Virus record (IMG/VR): IMGVR_UViG_3300021295_000040
Location: 1-36,237 of that record
Length of the DNA stretch: 36,237 bases
Reading direction: 5' to 3' (one strand)
Source: a virus
In this document: positions 9,198 to 19,314 of the stretch, piece after piece
Position numbering within the stretch: position 1 is the first letter of the stretch
Layout of the letters: each line of letters starts with the position of its first letter
Notes under the pieces: model-generated
Seen by the model: only the letters and a program-made list of their open reading frames with translations
What the model was told of the DNA's origin: nothing
Database searches by the model: none
Position numbers and translations under genes: made by a program

Positions 9198-10283
9198 GGG
9201 AGAATCCTCACCGTCCTCAACAGCTGATGGTATATTGGTGATTCTTGCAGCCAATACATCTTTGTTGTATAAAATCAATACATCAAAGTAAACATCTACA
9301 GTTGAAAGATATGCTTTTGCAGATAATTCATATTCGTTTTCAGATTCTATTTCATTTAAAAATCCAAATACAATGCTGTCAGGATCAGCCATTAAGATTT
9401 GTTCTTCAAATCCATTATCAGGTTCATCAAGGAAATCAGCTTGAACAATTGGAACACCCCAAAGTGTTAACTGGCCATTATCATCAAAGTAAAGGTTGTC
9501 ACCTCTTTGAGTTGGTCTTTGGTCAGCCTGTTCAATTAATAAACCTTCAAGTTCAGTAGAAACGTAGATTTTTGCTTTGGACCTTTTACCTTTCTGTTTG
9601 GTGAATTGAGTAATCATTCTTTTGATTTGTTTTGCCAAATCTCCACTTGCATCGATGTCATGGTAATAACCCATAGGCGCTCTGCGGTCAATTGCAACAT
9701 TGGTTTCGTAATTACTTGCAATATCTTCCAATTGTTTGAAAACACCGTCAATTTGATGTACACCATCAGTACTTGTAGTGTTCTCGTTTTTGATACCATA
9801 CATTCCAATATTTTCAGCAGAATAACCTGCCCTTTCAGCGAGAATAGCTTCAATATGAGTCAGGAAAGAATCATGCTCAATATTGGTTTTTAAGAATAAT
9901 TTACTGGTGTAGGTAAATATTGAGAATGGTTCAGCTACAAGTCTGGACCTACTAAATTCAGGTACGGTTTCCTCAATAGCTGTAGTATAATCTTTTTGAA
10001 GAGGTGCACCTTTATTTTCACCAGATAATTTTTTCATGGATTGCAATCTTGCTTTTACACGAAGGTAGTTAATATCATGCTCAATAGCATCCATTTGAAT
10101 AAATCTTGCATCGTTTAATATACTTGGAGTACTTTCAACTAATTCAAGGAAGCGATCAATTTCAGTTTGCTGTTTCCAACCTGGATTGATTGCTCCACCG
10201 TTTCCAATTGGATTTTTAGACCATTTTAAAATAAATGGCAAATTATCTTCAATAGTTTTTGCATCTACAATTGTAACAGACAT
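9195..10283 (-). CDS. Major capsid protein (HK97-like fold), 362 aa
   Basis: Follows protease/scaffold gene; size and motifs (TLWGVPIVQADFL, ILMADPDSIVFG) fit HK97-type capsid proteins. Confidence 0.85.
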   Translation of the reverse strand: MSVTIVDAKTIEDNLPFILKWSKNPIGNGGAINPGWKQQTEIDRFLELVESTPSILNDARFIQMDAIEHDINYLRVKARLQSMKKLSGENKGAPLQKDYTTAIEETVPEFSRSRLVAEPFSIFTYTSKLFLKTNIEHDSFLTHIEAILAERAGYSAENIGMYGIKNENTTSTDGVHQIDGVFKQLEDIASNYETNVAIDRRAPMGYYHDIDASGDLAKQIKRMITQFTKQKGKRSKAKIYVSTELEGLLIEQADQRPTQRGDNLYFDDNGQLTLWGVPIVQADFLDEPDNGFEEQILMADPDSIVFGFLNEIESENEYELSAKAYLSTVDVYFDVLILYNKDVLAARITNIPSAVEDGEDSP

Positions 10284-10320
10284 ATTTATCAGCTCATTAA
10301 ATTTATTTTAAAAAAAAAAA

Positions 10321-11328
10321 TTAGTTTCTTATTTTCCTTCCTAAATGATCCCTATGGGTTCTTTGATAGAAATCTTGTGAAGGAGCATCATCGACTACAA
10401 TATCAGTCATAGAAGTTTGTCTTTTATTAATTTCGACATCTTCTTTTTCTTTTTCATCATTTTCAGACTCTTCAGGTTTTTCTTCTACATTTTCCTCTTC
10501 AGAGCCTTCATCTTTTTCTTCTTCATCATTTTTGTCATTCTTATCAATATCTTCATCAGTATTAGCATTGGCGACTGCTTCACTGATTGCTTCTTTAACA
10601 GATTCTGCTAAGGCAGCAGGTAATTTTTCCAGCAATTCCTTATTTGAAATGTCATCATTGACAGGTTCTTCAACATCTGTTTCTTGTTTGTTAACTTCAG
10701 GAGTTTCATCAATAGCTTCATTTTTTGTAAAGCTAAAGAACTCACGAAGTTTATCAAGTGCAGATATTGGAATCATAGGTTCTTCATTAGTTACTATTTC
10801 TTCTTCAGTCATTTTTTCACCGTTTTTATCATTTTTATTAATGTAAACATTATAGTCCATTATTTCTAAGCCATATTGGTTCGCTCCTTTATCTACAAAA
10901 CTAATAAACAATGGAATAACTTCTTCCATATCCTCTAAGTCCTGATAATGTATTGATTTATTGATAAACCAATATTTTTTAGTCATAGCATCTTCAGAAA
11001 CTGAACCAAGACTTAAACCTTGAATACTACCATCAAGTATTGAAGATAATAATTCTTCATTTGTTACTGCAAATGTAGCCATCCAGGAACCAGCGGGAAC
11101 GGTCTTGCCATTTAATTGTGTGTCACTTTCAGTAATCCAATTTGCAAGAACTTCAACACCTTCGTTTTTAATTCTGGTGTGCATTACATCAGTGGCCCGG
11201 TCAAGATATTTTGTGAAGATTTTTTTGATGTCTTTTTTATAAAGACAATCCCCATCACTATCTGGAACGCCATTGGCGATTACAACTCCAGTAATATAAG
11301 TTGCTTCGTTCAATTTTGATAACCTCAC
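10321..11328 (-). CDS. XkdF-like prohead protease with acidic scaffold-like C-terminus
   Basis: YITGVVIANGVPDSDGD...DVMH...PAGSWMATF...DGSIQGLSLG motifs followed by a Glu/Asp/Asn-rich tail. Confidence 0.8.
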   Translation of the reverse strand: MRLSKLNEATYITGVVIANGVPDSDGDCLYKKDIKKIFTKYLDRATDVMHTRIKNEGVEVLANWITESDTQLNGKTVPAGSWMATFAVTNEELLSSILDGSIQGLSLGSVSEDAMTKKYWFINKSIHYQDLEDMEEVIPLFISFVDKGANQYGLEIMDYNVYINKNDKNGEKMTEEEIVTNEEPMIPISALDKLREFFSFTKNEAIDETPEVNKQETDVEEPVNDDISNKELLEKLPAALAESVKEAISEAVANANTDEDIDKNDKNDEEEKDEGSEEENVEEKPEESENDEKEKEDVEINKRQTSMTDIVVDDAPSQDFYQRTHRDHLGRKIRN

Positions 11329-11427
11329 ATTAAATTTTATTTAACATTAAATCATAGCCTCTAGACTCAAACTAGAAAAAAACAAAAACAAATTTTAGCT
11401 ATGTTAAGAAATTATAAAAAAAATATA

Positions 11428-12267
11428 TTAGAATGCTCTCATCTGACAATAACAAATTCCAGTATTTGAAAAACTACCGTTTGGATCACATGGATACATT
11501 AATTCATCAACATCACCATTTGCATCGTTTACAATAGTGAATGTTTCATAAAAACCTACAATCTGACCATGATTAGATTCATGTCTTGTGGTCATACCTT
11601 CACCAGTCCAAATCCATTCTTTTTGTGTATAAACATCTGGAAGACCTTTTTCTTTTGCTTCTTGATTTATTGCATCGTATTCTTCCCAACCGGCAGCCAT
11701 TTGGGTTTGCCGGTTTAATGCCTCAGCTGTATTTTCCAAATCACGATAAGAAAAAACATTTGGTTGAATATTTACGCCGAATTTGCTTCTGACAAAATCT
11801 AAATCTTTTACACTGCGTTCCATGATATTTTTACGGTTTGAAATCTTACTTTCACGTTTAGCTATTTTTTGATATTCTTTTAGATTTAATTCATGAGTTT
11901 TTAGCACTTTTTCAGTGTATTCCAGATTCTTATTAATTCTTTCAAGTTCAGCTTCAACAACCGTATTTAAACGAGCATTAGCTTTGTTTTTCATTAACAT
12001 CTCAAACAGTGCTTTATCGCTGGTGTATTTGGAGTTAATGATTTTTTGGTATTGCTTGTTTACATGAGGTTTATTTAAAATCCATAAATCTGCATATAAT
12101 GTTGCTTGTGACGGTTTTGCAATTGTCTCATCATTTATAAAATCTTCAATATACTTATCAATTACATTATTATTATAAACTTGAATTCTATAGGCTGCAT
12201 TTTTGTTTTCTCTTTTTTCAATCAGAGATTTGTTAATCCAATATTTATTGTTTAAGATTGAAGCCAT
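11428..12267 (-). CDS. Head morphogenesis protein (Mu gpF/SPP1 gp7-like)
   Basis: C-terminal EWIW...TTRHESNHGQ...F...LMYPCDPNG...ICYC motif; follows portal. Confidence 0.75.
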   Translation of the reverse strand: MASILNNKYWINKSLIEKRENKNAAYRIQVYNNNVIDKYIEDFINDETIAKPSQATLYADLWILNKPHVNKQYQKIINSKYTSDKALFEMLMKNKANARLNTVVEAELERINKNLEYTEKVLKTHELNLKEYQKIAKRESKISNRKNIMERSVKDLDFVRSKFGVNIQPNVFSYRDLENTAEALNRQTQMAAGWEEYDAINQEAKEKGLPDVYTQKEWIWTGEGMTTRHESNHGQIVGFYETFTIVNDANGDVDELMYPCDPNGSFSNTGICYCQMRAF

Positions 12268-13586
12268 GCCATCACACCATTTAACTGGCTAAAATCTTCC
12301 TCAGAAGCCTCAGCCATTCCTAAAATCCTACCATTATAATATCTTTCACTAAACAATGGATTTGTGTCATTATATTCTAATTGTAAAGCTGGATAATATA
12401 CACTAATTGCTTTAATAGCTTCACCAAGTGTAATTAAACCATTATTGAACAATGTAAGTATTGTATTGATTTCAACATCTTTTTTATCAGAGAATATTGG
12501 AGTTTCAATATTAACGGTCCCGGAATATTCAAAGTATTTTTTATTGAATTTGTTGATTTCAATTTCAAAAGGTAACTGCTCATTTTCTAAGCTTTTAGTG
12601 TAAATCTCATAGATTGTATTAGATTTGTTTGAATTCATTGATTCTGTAACATCATCAATCATTAAACGTACTTTTGGTATACTAAAACAGGCCAAAATAT
12701 CATCATCACACCTATCAGCCAATTCTGAAAGGTAAGAATAGTTTTGCTCACTGATTGGTACATATTGCACTTCTAATGGAATTTCAGTATTGAAACTTTC
12801 CAAATCCAAAGTTAAAATTCCTGTTCCAGCATCAGCCATTTGGTTTTGCAAATCTTTTTTGGTTTCTTCTTTTTCACCATCAATTGCTGGAGGGCGTCTA
12901 ATGACCAAAATCCCACTCATCAAGTTACCTTCATTAATCTTTTTAGCGTTAAGCTCATCTAGTGCAACTTTTGCACTAATACTATTAACTGCTGGTACCC
13001 AATAAGGGATTTCATAAAATTCAGAAGTCTTGCCTCCACCTAACCAGAAGCAAGTTGGAAGATCATCGTCTTCAGCATCATATTTAAACCTTGAAAGCTT
13101 CATTTTAATAGCTGGTTTTCCAACAATTTCTTGAAGAGCATAATAGCTGAAGGTTCCATCTGAATTTCTTTCTTGTTTGATGCTTACGGTTTCAGCTGGA
13201 ATCTGATACAGTTCTTTTGGACGACCTGTTTTTTTATCAAAAATGATTTCACTTGCTCCAAAGCCATAACTATAATATTCCTGAATCTGTTTGTACAATT
13301 CATTAATGTTATTTTTCCAGAAGTTTATCAAATTCTCATCAGTTTCCTTTTCATCATTTAGATAAGTGAATTCATTTAATATCACATCTTGAGCAAGGAT
13401 ACGTATTGCCTTGTCAAGTTTATTATTTTGAAGTATTAGATTTTGAGCTATTGAAACACTTACCAATGGATAAAGTTTGTATTTATAATCTTTATCTTCT
13501 TTTCTTGTTTTAGGAGCAATACTGGCTTGGATTTGTTTTTTATTAATTTCCAAGCCATTATTTAATCTGGAAAAATTAACTTTCAT
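12252..13586 (-). CDS. Portal protein (start probably MKVNFS at 13586; track ORF begins 13622)
   Basis: About 445 aa between terL and head genes; YGFGASEIIF, ELYQIPAETV and ILACFSIP motifs typical of portals. Confidence 0.8.
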   Translation of the reverse strand: MKVNFSRLNNGLEINKKQIQASIAPKTRKEDKDYKYKLYPLVSVSIAQNLILQNNKLDKAIRILAQDVILNEFTYLNDEKETDENLINFWKNNINELYKQIQEYYSYGFGASEIIFDKKTGRPKELYQIPAETVSIKQERNSDGTFSYYALQEIVGKPAIKMKLSRFKYDAEDDDLPTCFWLGGGKTSEFYEIPYWVPAVNSISAKVALDELNAKKINEGNLMSGILVIRRPPAIDGEKEETKKDLQNQMADAGTGILTLDLESFNTEIPLEVQYVPISEQNYSYLSELADRCDDDILACFSIPKVRLMIDDVTESMNSNKSNTIYEIYTKSLENEQLPFEIEINKFNKKYFEYSGTVNIETPIFSDKKDVEINTILTLFNNGLITLGEAIKAISVYYPALQLEYNDTNPLFSERYYNGRILGMAEASEEDFSQLNGVMAWLQS

Positions 13587-13883
13587 AATTGTCAGCTCCA
13601 AAGGTGAATTATGAAGGTACATTTTTAAGAAGGAAAAACAAAATGGTTAGACACATTAGTGGCAATATTTTCTAAGTAAAATTCGGTAACATAATTTGTA
13701 AAATTAAATGCACCTTCAATATATACTCTAATAAAAATAGTGTCAGTTGATTTAGTGATAATTATTAGAATATTATTCTATTAAAGAAAATAGGTGGTTT
13801 TAATATTTTTTTAAATCGAAACTATTAATACATATCTTGTGCATAAATATATATCAATTAAAATAAAATTAGGGAGAAATTAT

Positions 13884-16800
13884 ATGAAATATAAAAAGAG
13901 TTTAGTTTTCATTTGTTTGCTGATTTGTTTGTTCACAATTGGTTCTGTGGTGGCTACCGATGCAAACGAAACAAGTGTGGCGAGTGGAGATCAAGAGGAC
14001 TTTCTTCATATGGAAAATTCTTTGACTAATGATTATATTCAACATCAAAATGAAAATGAAGAGGATATTTCTGCTGTGTCTGAAAATTCATTTGATAGTT
14101 TATCAAACAGGATAAAAACATCAAAAGAAGTCAAATTAACTAGTAATTATGCGTATAACGAAGAAGTGGATAAACATTTGTTGTATACTGGTATAAAAAT
14201 TAATAACGCTGTTTCAATTGATGGTCAAAATCATTATATTGATGGTAAAAATAAAATTTGTGCTTTTTATGTTAAATATGATAATGTTACATTAAAGAAT
14301 ATTAGATTTGTTAATTGTGGTTATTCCGCGGTTATGTGGAATGGTGCATCTGGTTCAATAATTAATTGCTCATTTATTAATTGTTCTGCTGGGACTTATG
14401 GTGGAGCCGTTATATGGGATGGTACTTGTGGGAATATAATTAATTCCACATTTATTAATTGTTCTTGTACTAAATATGAATCCTATGGAGGAGCTATTCG
14501 TTGGGAAGGTACAAATGGACATATAATTAATTCTACTTTTATTAATAATACAGCGGGCAAAGGTAATAATATTTATATAGCAAATGGTGTATTTTATCAA
14601 GAAGAGTTAATTTCTAATAATCAAATTAACGAGGGGGTTTATACTTCAACTTCTTTCAAAATTTTGACCACCCTTGATAAAATTTGCGTTCATGTACCTG
14701 GTGTTAAAAATGGGAAATTACAAGTTATTTTTTCAAATAATACTACAATTATCGTTGATATTATAGATGGAATTGCGAAATTAAATTTAATTGAAGGTCA
14801 TTATAATTTGAATATTACTTTTATTAAAGAAAATTATTCTTCTATCTCTGTTTATAATGAATATATAATTGGAAAAGAACTTTGGAAAAATTCATTTAAT
14901 GAAATTTATGACAATCAAATTATAGAAATTACTCAAGATTATATGATAGGTCAATATTCGTACATTCATGACTTTATAGCAATTAATGGAGATAATATTA
15001 TTGTTAATGGTAATGGGCACACTATTAATGTAAATCAATATGGTTTATTTGATATTAATGGAAATAATATAACTTTAAAAAATTTTAATTTCATTAATGT
15101 TTATAGGGATGCTATAAACTGGTATGGAAATAATGGTTCTCTAATTAATTGTAGTTTCTGTAATAGTTCAGCAGATTCAAATGGATTAATATCATGGTTT
15201 GGAAGTAATGGCTTTATATCAAATATCCAATTTATCAATAATACATGCACATCAACATCCCCTATCTTATATTTTAAGGGAAATAATATGAACTGTTTTA
15301 ATGCATCATTTAAAAATAATACGGGAAAGTTAATAGATTCATATTCAACTAACTCTATTTTATATAATATCTCTAGTAATGATGGTTCACTGTATATATG
15401 TGGAAACAATGGTCTTATAAAAAATTGTGAGTTTAATTCAACATTAGTTTCTTTCAGTGGAATTAATTCTAGCATGGAATATTGTAACTTTTTTAATGGA
15501 ATATCTAAAACTAATGATATAAGTGTATTATCAACTGGATCAAATGTCACAATTAAAAATTGTTTGTTTAGTGGTTGTCGTGGAACTGCTTCTCGTGGTG
15601 GAGCAATATCACTAGGAAAATATTCATATATAATAAACTGTACTATAATAAATTGTAATGCAAATAGTGGAAGTGCAATATATTGTAGAGACCATAATAC
15701 AACAATAATTGATACTATTATAGAAAATTGTTCAAGCAAATATGGTACTATTTATAACCTAGTATATGATAATTTGAAGATTATAAACTGTTCTTTTATA
15801 GGTAACTCAGCTAATTATGGTGGAGCAGTCCTTGTTGAACCATATTATGAAGGCAACTTTTTTATTTTTAATTCAACATTTATAAATAATTTTTCTAACA
15901 CTACTTTAATACAATCAACAGGAAATAATAGCTTTATTAGTAATTCTAAATTAATTAATAATACTTGTTTAGATTTAATTAAGGGATTAGATGAAAATAA
16001 TATATTCAATTGTATTTTTGAAGATAATTCTGTAATTATTAAGATCACCACTAAAGAATTTTATTTAAATGGGACATTATCAATTCAATCAATACCGGGC
16101 AGTGTAGAAATTTTTGTAAATGGCAGTCATTTGAGTGGAAATATTGAAAATTATAAAATTGATTTTATAATTCCAAAAAATATCTCTTCAGGAACTCAGA
16201 AGTTAACAATAATTCATAATGGTAATGATCTTTTTAAAACAACCATTGTCGAAAAAATAATTGATATTAAAAAAATTGTTAATTATGATATAGGCATAAA
16301 AAATACTTCTTTAAGTATTGGTGAAAAAATAGATATTATATTGCCTAATGATGCAAAAGGTATTATTAATATTTCAATTGATAATCAAACTTTTTTAGGA
16401 GAAGTGCAATCCGGGCATGCGTATATAGATATTTCTAAATTAAAATCTGGTCTATTTAATGCAAAATTATATTATACCGGAGATAGTTGCTATTCAAATA
16501 AAACAATCGAATCCAAAATTATTCGAGTTTATAAACTAAACACTGATTTATTAATTAATATAACTAATAATAATGTTAATAAAAATATTACATTTACCAT
16601 GGAGCTTCTTAATGATGCCACAGGGAATATTTCTCTCTCTTTGAACAATCATAATTACATCTATAATAATATCCATGGTAGTTTTACGATAGTAACTAAA
16701 AAGTTACCTCAAGGTAATTACACCGCCAAAATTGTGTATTCTGGTAATGATTATTATAAACCTTTATCCTACACTTTAACTTTTGAAGTATTCGGAAGAA

Positions 16801-17885
16801 TCATATTAACTAAAAATGACATTTTAATAAATTTGAATTTAGATAAGGAGAATATTGGACAATTAACTATTCAAATACCAAATAATGCTACAGGTATTTT
16901 ACTTGTAGATATTAATAATCAAAATTATTATGGCAATTTAATAAATGGTATTGTAAATATTTTAGTTCCAAATTTAGTTGATAAAAATTATGCTTTGTCT
17001 ATTAAGTATTTGGGTGATGATAATTACGATGAATTCTTTATTCAAGATACATTAGAAGTTTTTAAAACAATCAAATCTAATGATATGAATATAAATTATA
17101 ATAGTGCTTTAGATTTCCAAGCTACTTTTTATGATAATGAGGGAAATGCATTGTCGAATAAATATGTAATTTTTAAAGTAGATGGCACTGATTATCCAGT
17201 CATCACTTCTTTTAATGGCGTCGCAACATTAAAAGTAGGTTTAATGCCTGGAACATATGAGATTACTTTAATTAATACAGTAACAGATGAAGTTAAAACT
17301 AATACATTAATAATTAATTCTAAGCCTATTGATGAAAAAGATATTGTTATCCCCACTTTACCTAGTTCCTCTAGTGGATCCGTAACTGTAAAATTGCCTA
17401 GCGATGCAACTGGTACTGTCACTTTAAGCATTGGCGGTAAAGACTATAAATTTGATGTTGTCAATGGTGTGGCTAACGTTAAAGTGCCTGATTTGGCCAA
17501 TGCTGCATACTCCTACTCAATCACCTACTCTGGAGATAGTAAATATTCATCATTCACAAAAACAGGCAAGGTAACAGTGAATAAGCCTGCTCCAAAACCT
17601 GTGACAAAAACAACACTGACACTTAAAAAGGTCAAGGTCAAAAGATCTGCTAAAAAACTGGTTATCCAAGCAACATTGAAAATAAATGGTAAAGCTGTCA
17701 AAGGTAAAGTTATTAAATTCAAGTTTAATAAGAAATCCTACAAAGCCAAAACCAATGCCAAAGGTGTTGCAAAAATAACTATTAAAAAATCAGTTCTCAA
17801 AAAACTTAAAAAGGGTAAAAAAGTAACTTACACAGCAACATATAGTAAAGTTACCAAGAAAGTGACTGTTAAAGTTAAAAAGTAG
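13884..17885 (+). CDS. Methanobrevibacter-type adhesin-like surface protein (start probably 13884; track ORF begins 13839)
   Basis: Signal peptide MKYKKSLVFICLLICLFTIGSVVA; tandem beta-helix repeats (IINCSFINCSA..YGGAVIW.G); Ig-like repeats (Y.GD..Y); Lys-rich C-terminal domain (TLTLKKVKVKRSAKKLVIQATLKINGK...VTVKVKK). Confidence 0.88.
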   Translation: MKYKKSLVFICLLICLFTIGSVVATDANETSVASGDQEDFLHMENSLTNDYIQHQNENEEDISAVSENSFDSLSNRIKTSKEVKLTSNYAYNEEVDKHLLYTGIKINNAVSIDGQNHYIDGKNKICAFYVKYDNVTLKNIRFVNCGYSAVMWNGASGSIINCSFINCSAGTYGGAVIWDGTCGNIINSTFINCSCTKYESYGGAIRWEGTNGHIINSTFINNTAGKGNNIYIANGVFYQEELISNNQINEGVYTSTSFKILTTLDKICVHVPGVKNGKLQVIFSNNTTIIVDIIDGIAKLNLIEGHYNLNITFIKENYSSISVYNEYIIGKELWKNSFNEIYDNQIIEITQDYMIGQYSYIHDFIAINGDNIIVNGNGHTINVNQYGLFDINGNNITLKNFNFINVYRDAINWYGNNGSLINCSFCNSSADSNGLISWFGSNGFISNIQFINNTCTSTSPILYFKGNNMNCFNASFKNNTGKLIDSYSTNSILYNISSNDGSLYICGNNGLIKNCEFNSTLVSFSGINSSMEYCNFFNGISKTNDISVLSTGSNVTIKNCLFSGCRGTASRGGAISLGKYSYIINCTIINCNANSGSAIYCRDHNTTIIDTIIENCSSKYGTIYNLVYDNLKIINCSFIGNSANYGGAVLVEPYYEGNFFIFNSTFINNFSNTTLIQSTGNNSFISNSKLINNTCLDLIKGLDENNIFNCIFEDNSVIIKITTKEFYLNGTLSIQSIPGSVEIFVNGSHLSGNIENYKIDFIIPKNISSGTQKLTIIHNGNDLFKTTIVEKIIDIKKIVNYDIGIKNTSLSIGEKIDIILPNDAKGIINISIDNQTFLGEVQSGHAYIDISKLKSGLFNAKLYYTGDSCYSNKTIESKIIRVYKLNTDLLINITNNNVNKNITFTMELLNDATGNISLSLNNHNYIYNNIHGSFTIVTKKLPQGNYTAKIVYSGNDYYKPLSYTLTFEVFGRIILTKNDILINLNLDKENIGQLTIQIPNNATGILLVDINNQNYYGNLINGIVNILVPNLVDKNYALSIKYLGDDNYDEFFIQDTLEVFKTIKSNDMNINYNSALDFQATFYDNEGNALSNKYVIFKVDGTDYPVITSFNGVATLKVGLMPGTYEITLINTVTDEVKTNTLIINSKPIDEKDIVIPTLPSSSSGSVTVKLPSDATGTVTLSIGGKDYKFDVVNGVANVKVPDLANAAYSYSITYSGDSKYSSFTKTGKVTVNKPAPKPVTKTTLTLKKVKVKRSAKKLVIQATLKINGKAVKGKVIKFKFNKKSYKAKTNAKGVAKITIKKSVLKKLKKGKKVTYTATYSKVTKKVTVKVKK

Positions 17886-17917
17886 GTGAATTTATTCATC
17901 TACAATTTTCTATTTTT

Positions 17918-19291
17918 TTATAACCTAATTACATTCTGAATCTCCATAAAAGCATAACCTAAGCTATCAAGCTCATCAGGAGAAGGATATTCTTTCATTA
18001 CCTCTTTATCCGGGTGAACATATACATATTGATTAAACAATGTTCTTAGTTTTTCAGGATTAATTCTATCATCAAAGAACAATCTGTTTTGTCTAATCAT
18101 ATTTGCAGTTGGTCTTGCACGATTATATTTGGAGTGGCTGGATTGAGTTTTCTTAACAGTAATTCCATATTTTTTAACCAAATCTCTTAATATGTGTTGC
18201 CAATGCTTCAAGGCATATGTTGAATCACTTCCAGGTTCCTGTTCAAAATTAATAATGTATGGGTTCCAATGTGAGTTTCTAATAATGAAATTTCTAAGCA
18301 ATTCTTCAGGATATGCGGAAGGTGTTGAGTCCAAATCAACAAGAACAATATTTCCATTATTAAAGTATACAAGACAGCTCATTGCAAATTTATCATGACC
18401 TGTACTTGCCGGATCGATACCAATTGTACAAAATGAAGGCTGCCATGTTTTGTATGTATTTTCATATGAAATTAAAGAATTATTTAATCTATCACGTGAA
18501 ACAAGTAATCCTTCTTTTAGAACAGCATTCCAATCTCCATATTTAAGCTGCAAACGTGTTAGCTCATCAAGCTTGTCTAACTGTTTTGAATATTCCTCCT
18601 GGTTCAAGTATTGGTTGTCAGTATAAGCTGAAGGTATAAATGGTAGTTTACTGTCATCATCTACAAATCTTTTTTTAACCCAATCATGACCAATACCTCC
18701 AGGATTTGAGGCTCCTCTCATTCTTATTGGAATATCTGAGTTTTCAAGTTTACGTAAACGTGAATGAAGATAATTGTATTGGTTTTCAGGAAATTGTGTC
18801 AGTTCATCAAAACCCACAAATTGCAATTCTGCTCCCTGATAAGAGTTTAAATGCTTATTATGAGACAAATAACGAAATGTTAATGTTGCACCACTGTTAA
18901 AAATAAATCTTTTCTTCTGGTCCTTCCAGACAAGTAAACCTTCATCTTCTTTTGGAAGCAGCCATTGTTTTGCCCGATCCATTATAGCATTTGGCATGTC
19001 CAAATCTTCAAGAGTTCTACGTATAATAAGTGCATTATACTTTAATTTGTTTTCACCTTCCGGAATGTGTTTTTCTTCAACGTATTGTAATGCAGACATT
19101 AAAAGACAGTCTGATTTACCACCACCAGCTTGACCACCGTAAAAAATTTCCCTAGACGGATAAATAATGAATTTAACTTGGTTAAAGAATGGTTTATGAG
19201 GTATAAATACGTTGTCAAAAATTGTTGTCTTAAAATGATTTCTTTGTTGAATCCACAATTTCGCCCAATTTGCGGTTTTTTCAACATTCAT
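17918..19291 (-). CDS. terL: Terminase large subunit (start probably MNVEKT at 19291; track ORF begins 19330)
   Basis: Walker A YGGQAGGGKS, Walker B FVGFDELTQF, motif C GASNPG, nuclease IGIDPA and DELDSLGY. Confidence 0.93.
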   Translation of the reverse strand: MNVEKTANWAKLWIQQRNHFKTTIFDNVFIPHKPFFNQVKFIIYPSREIFYGGQAGGGKSDCLLMSALQYVEEKHIPEGENKLKYNALIIRRTLEDLDMPNAIMDRAKQWLLPKEDEGLLVWKDQKKRFIFNSGATLTFRYLSHNKHLNSYQGAELQFVGFDELTQFPENQYNYLHSRLRKLENSDIPIRMRGASNPGGIGHDWVKKRFVDDDSKLPFIPSAYTDNQYLNQEEYSKQLDKLDELTRLQLKYGDWNAVLKEGLLVSRDRLNNSLISYENTYKTWQPSFCTIGIDPASTGHDKFAMSCLVYFNNGNIVLVDLDSTPSAYPEELLRNFIIRNSHWNPYIINFEQEPGSDSTYALKHWQHILRDLVKKYGITVKKTQSSHSKYNRARPTANMIRQNRLFFDDRINPEKLRTLFNQYVYVHPDKEVMKEYPSPDELDSLGYAFMEIQNVIRL

Positions 19292-19314
19292 TTTAATACA
19301 ACTTCCAATTATAT

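Noticed and set aside
8873-9259. Track ORF as an independent 128-aa gene starting MYWLQ
   Set aside because: The ATG lies 65 nt inside the capsid gene with no RBS; a CCC.TAA frameshift explains the frame better.
13625-13777. About 50-codon open frame on the minus strand upstream of portal (...ILIIITKSTDTIFIRVYIEGAF...FVFPS*)
   Set aside because: No ATG or RBS and no similarity to the terL end; compatible with chance in AT-rich DNA.
13839-17885. Diversity-generating retroelement targeting the adhesin
   Set aside because: No reverse transcriptase and no template/variable repeat pair differing at adenines is visible in this window.
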